Source: Tubiluchus corallicola
Lineage: Eukaryota > Animalia > Priapulida
Reading direction: 5' to 3'
DNA: 64,000 nt
NCBI GenBank assembly: GCA_030141605.1
Contig: JAQGDQ010000122.1
Location: 62,001-126,000 of the forward strand
Under the pieces are notes generated by a model. That model was not told the DNA's origin and did no database searches. It saw only the letters and a list, made by a program, of their open reading frames with translations. Shown here one piece after another: positions 13,536 to 25,984 of the stretch. Numbering within the stretch: position 1 is the stretch's first letter; the number at the start of each line of letters is the position of its first letter. The position numbers were made by a program, and so were the translations under genes.

Positions 13536-14335
13536 TTCAGCCCATAAACAGTATCAACACGTGAAATCTAAAGAAAATAAACAATGACAAGGTTGAAAAG
13601 TAAAAAAGTTGCAGTTGAAAATTTTCGAGAGCATTTAAACATGGCACAGTTTTAAGTTTTGAAATGTAAAAATACCAGAATGTAATGAGTGTAGTTTCCC
13701 TAATACTGCCAAAATAAACAGCTGTAGTTGAGCAACATTGACTTAGCAAATAGTATGAGTACCATTGTTTTGTATGTAACAATGTAAGTGGTGTAAACTA
13801 TGAAGATATGCTTTGGTTCACAGCACAACAGAACAAACAATGCAAGTGAAAATAGTGAAGATGTAAACGGTGTGACAGAAAGTGAGATGTATGGCCCAGT
13901 AGTTTTGGTATCGTCTTGGCAACTAAAGTTAATATGGCACAAAGAATGTCAGTGGGTGGGTGACCTGCTTCGTTTCTTGTTCCAGTGGTTTCATTTGCCA
14001 TGCCGGTTCTGGCTGTTTATCTCCTTCAGGGAAAACGTACTTACATCCGATTGTGCCTGGGGTAACTCTGCTGGTCATCTTAAATGAATAACCTTGATAA
14101 TTAGTCAGATCCTGGTCTAACCACAACCAACCAATTTATGCAGGATTTGTGTGTAATTCCGGCTTGCAGGACTCTGCAGCGAAGCAAGACAATGAAGCCA
14201 AGAACAACTGATGATAGTGAAATGTGTAAACAGTGAATATTACTGCCGCACTGTGTACGAGAATACAAAAAAGGACTGCAAGGTCATGAAGACAGTGTAA
14301 AGTGTGAACAGTGCTGCAACTACAATGTCTAACAG

Positions 14336-14455
14336 TAAGCCTTTTCACAGTTTTGTTGCTGTAGGTTAAAAGTTGAAGGTTAAGTGAACCCCAGCAAAGC
14401 GTCTTAACTACAACCACTATGTGACACGTGGGTAAAGCAAAGCTATTTGCCGCAT
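14336..14455 (+). repeat. Dispersed repeat, second copy at about 36013-36141
   Basis: TAAGCCTTTTC..GTTGCTGTAGGT..AAGGTTAAGTGAAC..GCGTCTTAACTACAACCA..GTGACA.GTGGGTAAAGCAAAGCT is shared by both. Confidence 0.8.
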
Positions 14456-15169
14456 CAGTTCAGTAACTTAAGTTTTTTATACGGACTTTACTTAATTCAG
14501 TATTAATCTGTGGGCAAGGTGATTTACTAGCAGGATCTTGCTTGGGAACAAGGAAAATGAACTAGGTAAAGTTCTAGCTAGCTGTTAAAACTTGTTACTA
14601 TTACAATAGCATGGGCTGCGAGCCGTTGTCAAGTGTACACTAATGCGCCGTCTGGTACACCTGATCTTTGACCTTTTCACGATCATCATCAATCGCTGGA
14701 ATTGTGAAAAGGCTTATTATGAACGTTGAAAAAGTCACAGTTCATTGACATGATTTGTAATTAGAAAGTGATTAAAACTCAGAGCAGGAGCTCGGAAATG
14801 ACTGACTGAGGCAGATAATCGAAACAACACGTGGGCGGACACGAGACGGACTTCCTATAAGTACAGCATGAGCTGGAACTCCTAGAAACGGGCTGCCAAA
14901 ATCGATCTCACTTTCGCTACGCAAAGAGTTAACTGCCACTAAATCAACTAAACGGATATTAGAAGAGAAAGCACTAATTCCCCAGTTTGTAAAAATCCGG
15001 TGGTTTTATTGTGATACAGAGCAAGAGATCAAATAACATGGGGTTTGGGAGATCAATAAAACTAGATTGGAAAAATCGAAAGGGCCAGGGCAGTTGATTT
15101 CATATAGACTGTTGCCTGTGACACTAAGTGAATGAACGCGCATCTGTGACATTCCTCATTGCATATGCT

Positions 15170-15760
15170 GAGGTTGTGGGTACTGGGGGTGACACTGTGG
15201 GTAGTGGGCTTGAGGTTGTGGGCATTGGGACTGAGCTAGTGAGTACCGGAGAAGGTGACGTTGTGGGTACTGGGACTGTGGTTCTGGGTACTGGACAGCG
15301 GGGTACTGGGACTGAAGTTGTGGGTACTGGAGCTGACATTGTGGATACTAAGGCTGATGTTTCGTGTACTGATGCTAAGGTTGTGGGTACTGGAGCTGAC
15401 ACTGTGGATACTATGGCTGATGTTTCGTGTACTGATGCTAAGGTTGTGTGTAGTGGGATTGAGGTTGTGGGTACTGGAGCTGACATTGTGGATACTATGG
15501 CTGATGTTTCGTGTACTGATGCTAAGGTTGTGGGTACTGGAGCTGACACTGTGGATACTATGGCTGATGTTTCGTGTACTGATGCTAAGGTTGTGTGTAG
15601 TGGGATTGAGGTTGTGGGTACTGGAGCTGACATTGTGGATACTATGGCTGATGTTTCGTGTACTGATGCTAAGGTTATGGGTACTGAGACTGAGGTTGTA
15701 GGTACTAGGGACAATGTTGTAAATGCTGTTGTTGCTGAAGTCATGGGCACTGAGATGTTG
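15170..15760. repeat. 21-bp-based minisatellite with a 147-bp higher-order duplication
   Basis: GGTACTGGAGCTGACA.TGTGGATACTATGGCTGATGTTTCGTGTACTGATGCTAAGGTTGTG recurs at alternating 63/84-bp spacing. Confidence 0.92.
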
Positions 15761-16179
15761 AGTTTACAGGCACAGTGTGCACGAACACAAAGAAATGTGC
15801 AAAGTTGCCTTGTGTGATAAAAACATTTAAACTGCCATAGATTATTCTCAATCAATTTCGCCACAAATTTCAACGAATTTTATGTACACTTGAAATCAGA
15901 CGCCTAATAACTAGTTTAGCATACAGCAATAAGACTCCTGCCAGCACTGTTGCTCTGTCAGCTGCCACGTGGATACTTATCTGCTTACATATAGGCTACA
16001 GTGCATCATTGGCAGTTACCAGTGTACAATAGATTGCTGTTTCAAAACAATCACATTCTTTTTATTTATTTATTTATTAAATATATCCACAACGATCATT
16101 ACAGCATTGTACATAAAAGTATTTAATAACATATTTATTATTATGTACACAAGATGCCAAGCCGAAAATGACCCAATAA

Positions 16180-16848
16180 AGCATTCTAAACAGACTTCAT
16201 TTAGCTAACTTCTCTAATGTTCTGTAAAGTAATAAAAACAGGGTAAAAACAATGGCTTCAAGTTGTCTGAAAACTTGAGTCAGAAGTGTGTCAGTGTATA
16301 AGTTATGATAAGATGTAGTTAATGCTTTTTATTATGGCATTTGTAGCATTGTTTATGTGGTCTGTAATCACTGGGTTGGTTTAGAAAATTCATCTGCTGC
16401 TTTCCTTCATACCCCTTTTATTCTGAATCAATTCTGATGTAATTCTTTCAGTTTGGCCTGATGCCACTGTGTTACTGACTCCTAGCCATGCAAGACGTCA
16501 CAAGCTTTGGTATTCAATTAGTGTCTCCCAGGGAATGCCTACTGACAGACCTTCAGTGAGATTGATTCAGAATCTTGTGACGTCTTGCTTGGCTAGGAGT
16601 CAGTAACACAGTGGCATCAGGCCAAACTGAAAGCAGATGAATTTTCTAAACCAGCCCAGTGATTACAGACCACATAAACAATGCTACAAATACCATAAAA
16701 AAGCATTAATTACATCATATCATAACTTATACACTGACACACTTCTGACTCAAGTTTTCAGACAACTTGAAGCCATTGTTTTTACCCTGTTTTTATTACT
16801 TTACAGAAAATTAGAGAAGTTAGCTAAATGAAGTCTGTTTAGAATGCT
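16180..16848. mobile_element. Foldback/MITE-like long inverted repeat, about 275-bp arms
   Basis: 16180-16504 is the reverse complement of 16575-16848 with few mismatches plus a ~48-bp insertion in the left arm. No clean TSD. Confidence 0.85.
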
Positions 16849-17129
16849 AAGCTGGCACACATCGAACTCAAGTGGGAACAAGCACCAAGTGAATTTTTTG
16901 GCAAAATTCCAGCAAATTTTTCTACTGTGATTATAAATGACTGGGTACCAGTGACCGCCAAGTCCACAACTTTGACATGATTGTAATCAAAAAGCTGGAA
17001 GCTACTATTGTTGTACGTTCTAAATGCTTTGCAATACTCCATAAAGTTAAAATTAAAAGTAGCCAAGCCCAAACATCTGTAAGTGCATTTACAGATGAAC
17101 AACCTGGCCAGGAACAGAGTTGATGTGTC

Positions 17130-17753
17130 GAAGACTGGTAACAAAGTCACAGAAAAATGTCATAAATCTTGGGTAGGAAGAAAGTCACAGGAGGAAAATC
17201 GCATTTAATTTAGGTTAGGTTAGGTTAGGGTTATTTCTTTTTCCCAATGTCATTTCCTGTGACTTTTTCCCCTGACTTTTTTACCTGTGACTTTTTTACT
17301 TGTGACTTTATTACCTGTGACTTTATTACCTGTGACTTTATTACCTGTGACTTTTTTACCTGTGACTTTATTACCTGTGACTTTTTTACCTGTGACTTTT
17401 TACCTGTGACTTTTTATCTGTGACTTTTTACCTGTGACTTTTTATCTGTGACTTTTTACCTGCGACTTTTTTACTTGTGACTTTATTACCTGTGACTTTA
17501 TTACCTGTGACTTTTTTACCTGTGACTTTTTACCTGTGACTTTTTATCTGTGACTTTTTACTTGCGACTTTATTACCTGTGACTTTTTTACCTGTGACTT
17601 TATTACCGGTGACTTTTTACCTGTGATTTTATTACCTGTGATTTTATTACCTGTGACTTTATTACCTGTGCTGTGACTTTTTTACCTGTGATTTTATTAC
17701 CTGTGACTTTTTTACCTGTGACTTTATTACCTGTGACTTTATTACCTGGACTC
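17130..17753. mobile_element. Non-autonomous DNA transposon with internal 14-15-bp satellite and TTAGG tract
   Basis: 8-bp direct repeat GATGTGTC on both flanks (17122-17129, 17754-17761); imperfect 23-bp TIRs (18/23); about 30 copies of TTT(T/A)TTACCTGTGAC; (TTAGG)4 at about 17210-17229. Confidence 0.85.
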
Positions 17754-19965
17754 GATGTGTCAGACTAAGAAAAATGACATCAACTTCCTTTAAGCATTTA
17801 GACTGTAATAAGCGTACAGATTCAGAAAAAAACACAGAGCATTTCTGACTTGGAGCTTCTCTGGCATTTGCTCTTGGAAGGATAACAGCTGCTGTTCATC
17901 ATTTTTAACAAGAATTTTGTGAGAAATGCATATCGTATATATGAGATTAGCATGGGGGCGGAAACAAACTTCCCCCGAAAAAAGAATCTGATTACAGTGA
18001 AAGCCTTTAGAACAGCTGCTGCTGGAAGCAAAACACCCTGTACAGAGGTGAAGGATAGAGCTAGATGCAAGATGCAATGCAACAGTATTGAGCCAGACTT
18101 TTGAGAAGCCGCAGAATTGTCAACAGTGACCTCAAATTAGTTCAAAAGTTCTACAGTGCATTTTAGCACGAACGGACATCGATCTTGATCATCGGCGAAG
18201 AAAGGGAAGCAAATTCGTGATTCCTTTTCCATTAAATCGCGCTTAACAAAGGAATGATTACAGGGGTACTTATCAGAAATCCGGCACAGGATGTTAGTTT
18301 TCAATACTGTGTGAACTCATATTCTTAAGGGCATTGGTTTTCTGAAAGTTTCGAAGACATTCTTCTAGCTGGTCATTTTCAATTCAATTCAATTTTAATT
18401 TATTTATCTCTTTATAATTCTACAATAAAACATGATTAATAAAAGAATTGCTAATACGTTTTGAAGAATGGTTAAAAAGGAATAGATAGATCTAGAACTA
18501 GAGAAAGAATAGCGAAAAGACTATAAAGTCACCTAGTCTGCTATGACCTAGTCATATTCATGGTCAATTAAGGTCACATGATTAAATGACATTGAAAAAA
18601 ATGGTCCTTTTCTGGACCAGTGCTTCCTAGATTCTCTGATTACATTTAGTCCACTGCAACGTGCTGAGAAAAGTAACGGAAACAGATATAGATCGTAGGT
18701 GGTTAACTAAAAGATCTACTGTTACTGGCAAAATCTGGACTTCAGAACCCTTGCAAGCAACTAGAAGCAAGGTATGTCGTTTTTTAAACAGTTGATGTAC
18801 TTCTCATTTAGCCATTCACAGTTCGCATTCCTAAACACTTTAAAAGGCAATACATTAATTTCCGTGCAATAAAAGCTGGTTTATGCGTTTATTTTGCTGC
18901 AGTAAAAAGGGTTTACCCTGGTTTTTTAGATAAAACAATATGTTTGACTAAGCGGTATATGACTGTTACAGTCTCTACCAAGGCAAACTTTACATAAGAT
19001 CACTGCGAAAACAGACCACAAACATTTATAACTGTTTATCTTCTTCTGGCATGATTTTTGTTTAGGTTTTAAAGAAATGACTACACATGAGAAAGGCATG
19101 CAAAAGGATAATAGTGTTACCATGAATGCAAATAAACAAATGTATATTTAGCTACAGATAATTTGGCATCTAAAACTTGAGTAATCGACAAGTTTCAAAA
19201 CACTTCCTCTTAATCTTTAAGAATTTAAACACTGATTAGAAAATGCTGTAATTTAAATGCTGCATTACAATAACATGATGTTACCATCATAATTAACAGA
19301 CCCGAGAACCTATGCTAAGCATTTGTGGAATTACAATAATCTGTTTCCCATCTATCAAACAATCAGTCAGATAAATCACCAATAATTTTTAATTATCAAG
19401 GATTCCGATTAATCAGTCTCTTTTATAAAAGAAATAGAAAATATTCTGTAAAACTGAAAAGTCCAAAACATCTTGTTTTTCATCAAACAATGAACAAATT
19501 AATTGAAAACAATGCCTGATGCTTCAAGGAGCTCCAAGTTGGCAACCACATCTTAAACACAAGAACATCCTGAGCTATACATATCTAAATCCAATTATTA
19601 AGGCTGTCCATTGGCTAACGAGAAACTACTTAAGGACAGGTTTTAGGTTTTTAAGATCCGTATTATTTCATAATTTTTAACAGCATATTTAGGAATTGCT
19701 AGATTTGTTTTTCTCTGTAATAAACCACCAGGAAATACTTAAGAAAAAAACGACCAAAATGGGAATCCTGGTCAGGTCTCTCCTAATGACTCCAGACACC
19801 GAGTGCAGTATAGTTGTGTGCGGACAGTGCGGTGCGGATAGGGTGTGCAGCCATTATGATTCTCTGTTGTTTTGATTAAGTTTATTAACTAAACACACTA
19901 ATACTGTCGGAAATTAAGTGTTTTTTTTCATAACTCTCCTGTACGCTTCCCAGTAAAGTTCTTAC

Positions 19966-20049
19966 CTCCACATTTTTCCAATATGTGCACAGTCTCGCCA
20001 ACTTCTACTGGAAGTCCATACTTCGTATTGCCATCATAATTGTGGATAA
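19966..20049 (-). CDS. DOCK3/4: DOCK3/4-like exon 2, SH3 domain: (V)IHNYDGNTKYGLPVEVGETVHILEKCG
   Basis: 84-nt phase 1/1 exon with (GTTT)n-TTTTAG acceptor and G|GTAAGA donor. Matches the DOCK SH3 pattern GLxLEIG(E/D)TVxILEKC. Confidence 0.95.
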
Positions 20050-20174
20050 CTAAAACAAACAAACAAACAAACAAATAAGAGAGCTCAAATTTAATAAAAA
20101 ATTAATCTAATTAGTTAGAATGACTCTAAGATAAACGATCTAACACTGGAAATGCAGAATTTGGTTATCCGCCT

Positions 20175-20380
20175 ATAGACTGAACTGTGCACTGTTTAAA
20201 CCACCAGGGAATGCGGTGCTCCAGTGGTCTAAGGCACTTGCATTGAGAGCAGAAGGTCTCTGGTTCAAATCCAACATTTTGCGTTTCCTGTCTTTCAAGT
20301 TTGATATAAAAAATTAATTAATTGTGAATATCTAACATCGTTACTAAGAATGTTTATGTAAAAATTATAATAATAAAAAG
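20175..20380 (+). mobile_element. tRNA-derived repeat family A copy
   Basis: CAGTGGTCTAAGGCAC..AAGGTCTCTGGTTCAAATCC..CTGTCTTTCAAGTTTGATAT matches the 4223-4430 copy. Confidence 0.7.
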
Positions 20381-22612
20381 CTTTCGCACGACACTATTTG
20401 GCACTTTACATGTCTGGATCCATCAGTCAGTCATAGGCCTACATAATTTGGATGGTTGTGGCAGGACAGGAATGTAGGCTACCACTGATCCTATAAGATG
20501 CATTAGGATCTATGAACGAGGTCAAAGGCATTTAATAAAGCTGGACGACAGATTTACAAAACTGCCAAGAAGTTTTCAAGACTGTCACCCATCTATTTAT
20601 CAATTTATTAGAATTTATTATTCGCGGTTTCAATATGCGGTAACTTTGAAGTACGAACATCTACACAGCTATCAGATATTTGCGACTTAAGTTAGTCTAG
20701 TAAGCTGACCAAAAACTAATCAAGAAAGCACAAGTGCCTATAAAAAGCCATATGTCACGGCAATAAAGGAGGCATGTTGGCAATGTTGCACGTATCAAAC
20801 AACAGGTGGTGCTACTGTGAACAGGCATAGCACTAATATAGAATAAGTTCTGGTGAAACTGAAAAATTACTATAATCTGAAAATTTTTTCACACTATCTA
20901 ATTTATTACTACTTTTATGTGTCCAGTTTTGTACTATGTTCTCCTTGTTTTTTCCATAAGTTATTGTAGTACGTAAAACCACATAAATATCATTGTATGG
21001 ATTATGCTATAATGACAATAAATTGCTTACTTACTTACTTACTTATGTCTTAATACTATATGTACGATTTATGATTCCCTGTAGTAAGACTGGTGGGGTG
21101 AATTACTGAATCTGAAAAAAGATCATTAATGGCCTCTGTGCTGTAATGGCACATGAGAATTGGCATAACTCCATAGAAAGCAAAAAGTCTTGGGTTCAAA
21201 TCCCAGTGGAGTCCCAATGGCAAAATTTTTCAAACTTTCCTGTTACTTTCGTGTGTTTATATGATTAAAAGTAACACTTTGTTATATACTAATAGTTTTC
21301 ATATAGCTTGGCACACTGCATGTGGGTATCTAGTATCTAACAGCAGGCTGACTTGTATGATGGTGCATTGGAACTTCACTCATTATCAAGAATAATCCTC
21401 AAGGATAAGATACTGAACCAGCTGACACATGCTGGACAAGTCGGGACAGTCATCTGCACACATGCTCTCTCAACGGCATAAACATTCTCAGAAACGGATG
21501 TTGCCGAGCACCTACCATTTGTTAACAAGGCCTAGCACTGCTTAACTTAAGCACACTTTATAACTACGAACTATTCAACTCACAAAATGAGAAGCATAGA
21601 TAAATATTTCACAAATATAATGCAAACTAGTCTTTGAAGGACTCCATACTACAACAAAACCACTTCAAGGTTGGACCATGTATTTTTTATTCTAAGAAAT
21701 TGCTATGTTTAGCATTTAGAGTTGACATGAAAGTTCTGCAACTCAAACATGGAAGTCAACTGATTCGCAAAAATTAGACGAGACCAGATTGTCGTTAATA
21801 AAACGCTTGGGAACTTTTACAGACTCCAAAATTAAGATAATCATGATTCATAAACATGCTGTCAGGATGCTGACTCATTTTATGATCTCAAATCAGTCCC
21901 TACCCTAGGGAGCTGTGAAGTTAATCATGAAAATTGAAAGCACTGAAGCCTCAAAATAAATAGAAAGATCGCCAGGACCACTTGTAAGTAACTCACATCA
22001 CGGCTGTGACTTAGTATGGCACCCTGCAATGACAGATGTCCCCAAATGTTTATGACTTCCCCAGTCTACGATGCTCCGGCATTGCTAGCCAATTGAGAAA
22101 ACTAAGGTCTGAAGTCTCAAAATAAAAATCCAAGCTGCCAGGACCACAAGCCAAGTTAGGCAAGTCCTGCGAACTTAGTAGCAAAAGCTTTCTATTGACA
22201 TAGATTACAGCAATCTGTTGCTTCAGCCTTGATAAGCATTTAAAACTTTTATTTTGAGGCAACATAATTTACAAATTTCTTCAGAAATATTTAATACCTT
22301 ATCCTAATTTTTTCAACTGTTTATTTAAATGGTCTAAACTAACGACAGAGTGGAATATTCTTTTAAACAATGTCATTTGTCTCCATGGACTGCTTTTCTA
22401 ATTGCACATGATGTGTAAATATGGAAATTATGGTAAATGCCACAAATAGTGATGAGCAAAACAAAAAACTTCTAACTGTAGTAGAAAAAAATATATTAAG
22501 TTGTGGTAATATTTAAGATTGCAAAACAATACTACTACACAAATAGTAACAAAATTAGCTGTAAATTGATAGTAACAATAATAATGTAACAGCACAGCGA
22601 CAGAGGTCTTAC

Positions 22613-22649
22613 CAACTCCAAGTTTTTCACTATGCGTTGGAGACCACAT
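22613..22649 (-). CDS. DOCK3/4: DOCK3/DOCK4-like (DOCK-B, dedicator of cytokinesis) coding exon 1: MWSPTHSEKLGV
   Basis: ATG at 22649 in a CAAAATG context; 37 coding nt then a G|GTAAGA donor. The peptide resembles the DOCK3/4 N-terminus as recalled (MWxPTxxEKYGV). Confidence 0.93.
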
Positions 22650-25213
22650 TTTGTGTAAATTCTAGTTCACTTCTTGTTTTTCATCACGTAAATTATTCAT
22701 ACACTTTCATAGTTCACAGAACAAATGTTTGTCAGATTCTAACATAAACTGAGCTCTAACCGAAAACCTCTTCCCCATTTTGTTTGGCCATGTGACCTAG
22801 CGAAATTTCTCTTGGCATTTTAGCGGCACCTACTGGGCAGTTTTGAAACTAAAAGATGGATTTTAGACGACAGGTTGACGCTGCACCCGCGTTTGAGTTT
22901 CCTTTTTACGCTATATGCGTGAAGGACTCATTCATTCATTCATTCATCCATCCATCCATCCTTCCATTGATTAATTGATTGAATGATTTCTTTTTTAATT
23001 CATTCATTCATTTCGTTGCCACATAATAATCATATATAAACAGAGTGTAGAAATTGCTAAAATGTATAATAAAATTACCAATAACTGAACATTATGTTTA
23101 TTGCTTTACTTGAAAAGTTAAATTTTTCTGTTCAGTGATTTCTATCAGTTTCTTGTTCATTTTTAGCACTAACGCAAATTTCGTAAAATAATAATATAAA
23201 AGGTCCTGCACTCATAATAAAAGTTTAGAAGATTCGGAAATTGTACAAAAAAAATCATATTTTTTACATTTTACAAAAATCTTGTAATTTAAATGTAATT
23301 ATATGGATAGAAAAAATTCTATTTAGAAACAAAATAAAAATTTGGCTTCCATATTCCATGTCACTACATTAACCCTGGCCTTCTTGTAAAACAACTTTTA
23401 AATAAAAAAAGTTTTTGATCATTAATGAGCCAGTACGATGCTACGTTATTAGTTTTATCGTTTAAATTCGTTATCGTCCTATACTTTGATTCTAAAATGT
23501 GCATTGCATTCTCAGCCATTTTCTATGCCGGTCTCTTTCACAATCGTATATATCGTCCTTTGTCTATCAACCCGCCCCCGCGAGTAGTAAATGAATCAAT
23601 CCATGATTGAAGTGCAGATTGTGAAGCTGGGGGGATGAACAGCTTGCGACCGACACTAATTAATATAGGAAATGTGGACAGACGCACTGAGACAAAGGAT
23701 ATGCACGAACGTGCGAAAAATCTGTGAAAATTATGTACATAATAATCATTCGAGTTAGAAACGCTAGAATTTTTAAATAATTTTGCTTTAAATAATTGCA
23801 AATGCGTTTCATTATGTAGTCAGGTCAAACTTATTTTAAACATTTAAAGGGTTTTAAAAGGTTCTTAGAACGACTATTACGCCTTTGCTAGACATTAATG
23901 TCATTTTTGTAGCTGTGTTTTTGAATACTGTAACAGTTTTAATTGCCGTGAGGCTGTCAAAGCGTTGCAAATGGCACTTTTTAAGATCTGACTCTGCAAC
24001 GTTGTTTACTTAAATCAAAAACGATTCTTATAGTATTGTACTACGAAAAAACCTGTTTATATGTAATTTAAGTGATACATCGCGATGTGGTGATATTGTG
24101 AATCGCAGTTTTGATGTGAAATGTGGTGATGAAGATGTCACACAGCCAATGATTACAATGCGTTTGTTGGAACAATGGCTTTCATACCGCAAGAAGACTT
24201 CCATGTAATCCATAATGAAATCAATCATTGATTACGTCACCTGCGTACCGGCGTATGTTTGTGTTTGATATCAACGCAATATTGAAATAATTATTAAATC
24301 AATGATAATTATTAATTTATGCCAGATAAATTGATAAAGAAGACTTTGTGCTATTTGACTGTCTCTCACGGGACTGCTTTGGCGAAGTATTTGCTTGCTG
24401 TGCAACACTGAAGTCTGGAATAGCTTCTGATTTAGAAGATTATTATTCTCATACTACAAGGTTGTTTAGCCATCAGTTACTACGGTAATTCATGCAGGAA
24501 ATTGCAACCCCACTGAGTGAATTCTACGCGCCAGTTTAACGTTAATTCACAACAGTTTTGTGCAAGTTAATTACTATTTGAAGCAAACGGCAATGCGAAC
24601 GTTTTTTTGCAACTTGTGAATGTGTTACCATTCGTTAAACGAGGTTGGGCTGTTTGCGTGATATGACAAGCAACTTAGCACGTTATTGTTGGCTTCTTCT
24701 TGTACTAAACTCGAGACAAATTAAAAACCAACTTCATATAAAAAACGGCGGAGTCTCTGATTAGCAAAATCCCAAAAGTGAAGCAGTCTGGAAAATACAC
24801 GTGATTCTCCTTTGGGCAAAGCACCTGACTGTATTATTTTCAAAAAAATTTCTGTGAAATTCGAGTTAATTAGCAATGAATGCTTCTCTGCTTTGTGACT
24901 ATGAGCTAGGTATCCGTTCTACTAACACGCGTAACGTTTAATGCCCAGAGACGCAGGAAAACAGTTCACTCTGCACTCTGTCTTGAGTGCATGTGCCTGA
25001 AGTCTGCAACTTTTTGGGCAGTGCAGCCGAAGCCTACAGGTGCACCAAAAGTAAGTGCACCTCACTGGTGCGATATTAATACGAAACTTTCAAGCTCGTT
25101 GCACAAAGCTCTTCCCTTGTGTGAGCAACTGCTTCACGACCACGGAGTACACATTCTTAAGTTATGCAGCCTTATAATATATAAGCCATCTTTGTGAGCA
25201 GACAAATTTCAAA
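22650..25213. promoter_or_regulatory. Divergent promoter/5'UTR interval between the DOCK3/4-like and EFCC1-like start codons
   Basis: ATGs point apart with 2564 bp between them; local CpG-richer patches near 22800-22920 and 24200-24270. TSS positions cannot be determined from sequence alone. Confidence 0.6.
22928..23012. repeat. (TTCA)n/(TCCA)n microsatellite
   Basis: Directly visible. Confidence 0.85.
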
Positions 25214-25878
25214 ATGAACGGTGAAAGAAAGGCAAATGAGCAAACCTGCTTGACCTGTTCTCTGTGTGTAGGGAAGCTGATTGATTCCCTCTTGGAGAAG
25301 AAGTTCGCTTATTCCTTTAGCAGCATCAACAAAGCGAAGGATATCTTCAAGGACAACAGCGGCCAGCTGCAGTGCATCAAGAACATCGAAGAAATCTGGC
25401 AGAGCGTCGTGGAATATTACGACAACATCCAGAGGAACGCCATTTTTTACAAAAAGGAGGTGGATTGGCTGCGAGAAGTTGTGGAAGGTTTGCGGGAGGC
25501 ATTAGAAGCCAGTGAGACCAAGTGCATGTTGGCTAGAGCTGAACTATTGTGCCAACAATGCTGCCAGCGAAAAGAGCAACAGAAACATTACTTAGACTTA
25601 CATTGTTCGTCTACACTACGTATCCCAGAAGGCACTACACTGTGCATCTCGGACGTTCCAGAAGTTTCTAAATTCAAGGCAAATGGACAGGTGGAACGGG
25701 AATTCAGTCGATTGCTGGAAAAACACAAGAGCATCTTCAGCGATATGGTGGTAGTCAGAACTAGGATAGAGGCGGCACTGGAGAAGGTGAAAGAGCTTGA
25801 AACGCAATGGAAAAGCGTGGAGATCTTGAAGCAAAGGGTTAAATATCTAGAAGGGAAGCTGTCATATAGCGCCGATAG
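25214..25878 (+). CDS. EFCC1-like: EFCC1/CCDC48-like coiled-coil protein, exon 1 of 6 (model 25214-25878, 31960-32096, 33883-34133, 35076-35234, 36416-36488, 36898-37001; 462 aa)
   Basis: Non-repetitive long ORF with a CAAAATG start and AG|GTATGA donor (phase 2). LREVVEGLREALEASETKC resembles the recalled EFCC1 segment LRELVEDLRAALQSSDARC. Confidence 0.85.
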
Positions 25879-25984
25879 GTATGAAATTATTTCATATTAA
25901 AATAATAAATAAATCAGCTCAGGTAATTAGTTGCGATTAAAACTAAATGGCGTTATTTAACGTCTGCGGTGTAGTAAAGTGCTG

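Noticed and set aside
14045-14078. ATG exon MTSRVTPGTIG with a GTAAGT donor (minus) as an alternative DOCK first exon
   Set aside because: Splicing to exon 3 creates T+AG, an immediate stop; no other support.
14800-14920. Possible RTE LINE tail remnants (also about 20440-20540)
   Set aside because: Too short and degenerate to support without a profile search.
17210-17230. Telomere or interstitial telomeric site
   Set aside because: Only about four TTAGG units, lying inside a TSD-flanked element.
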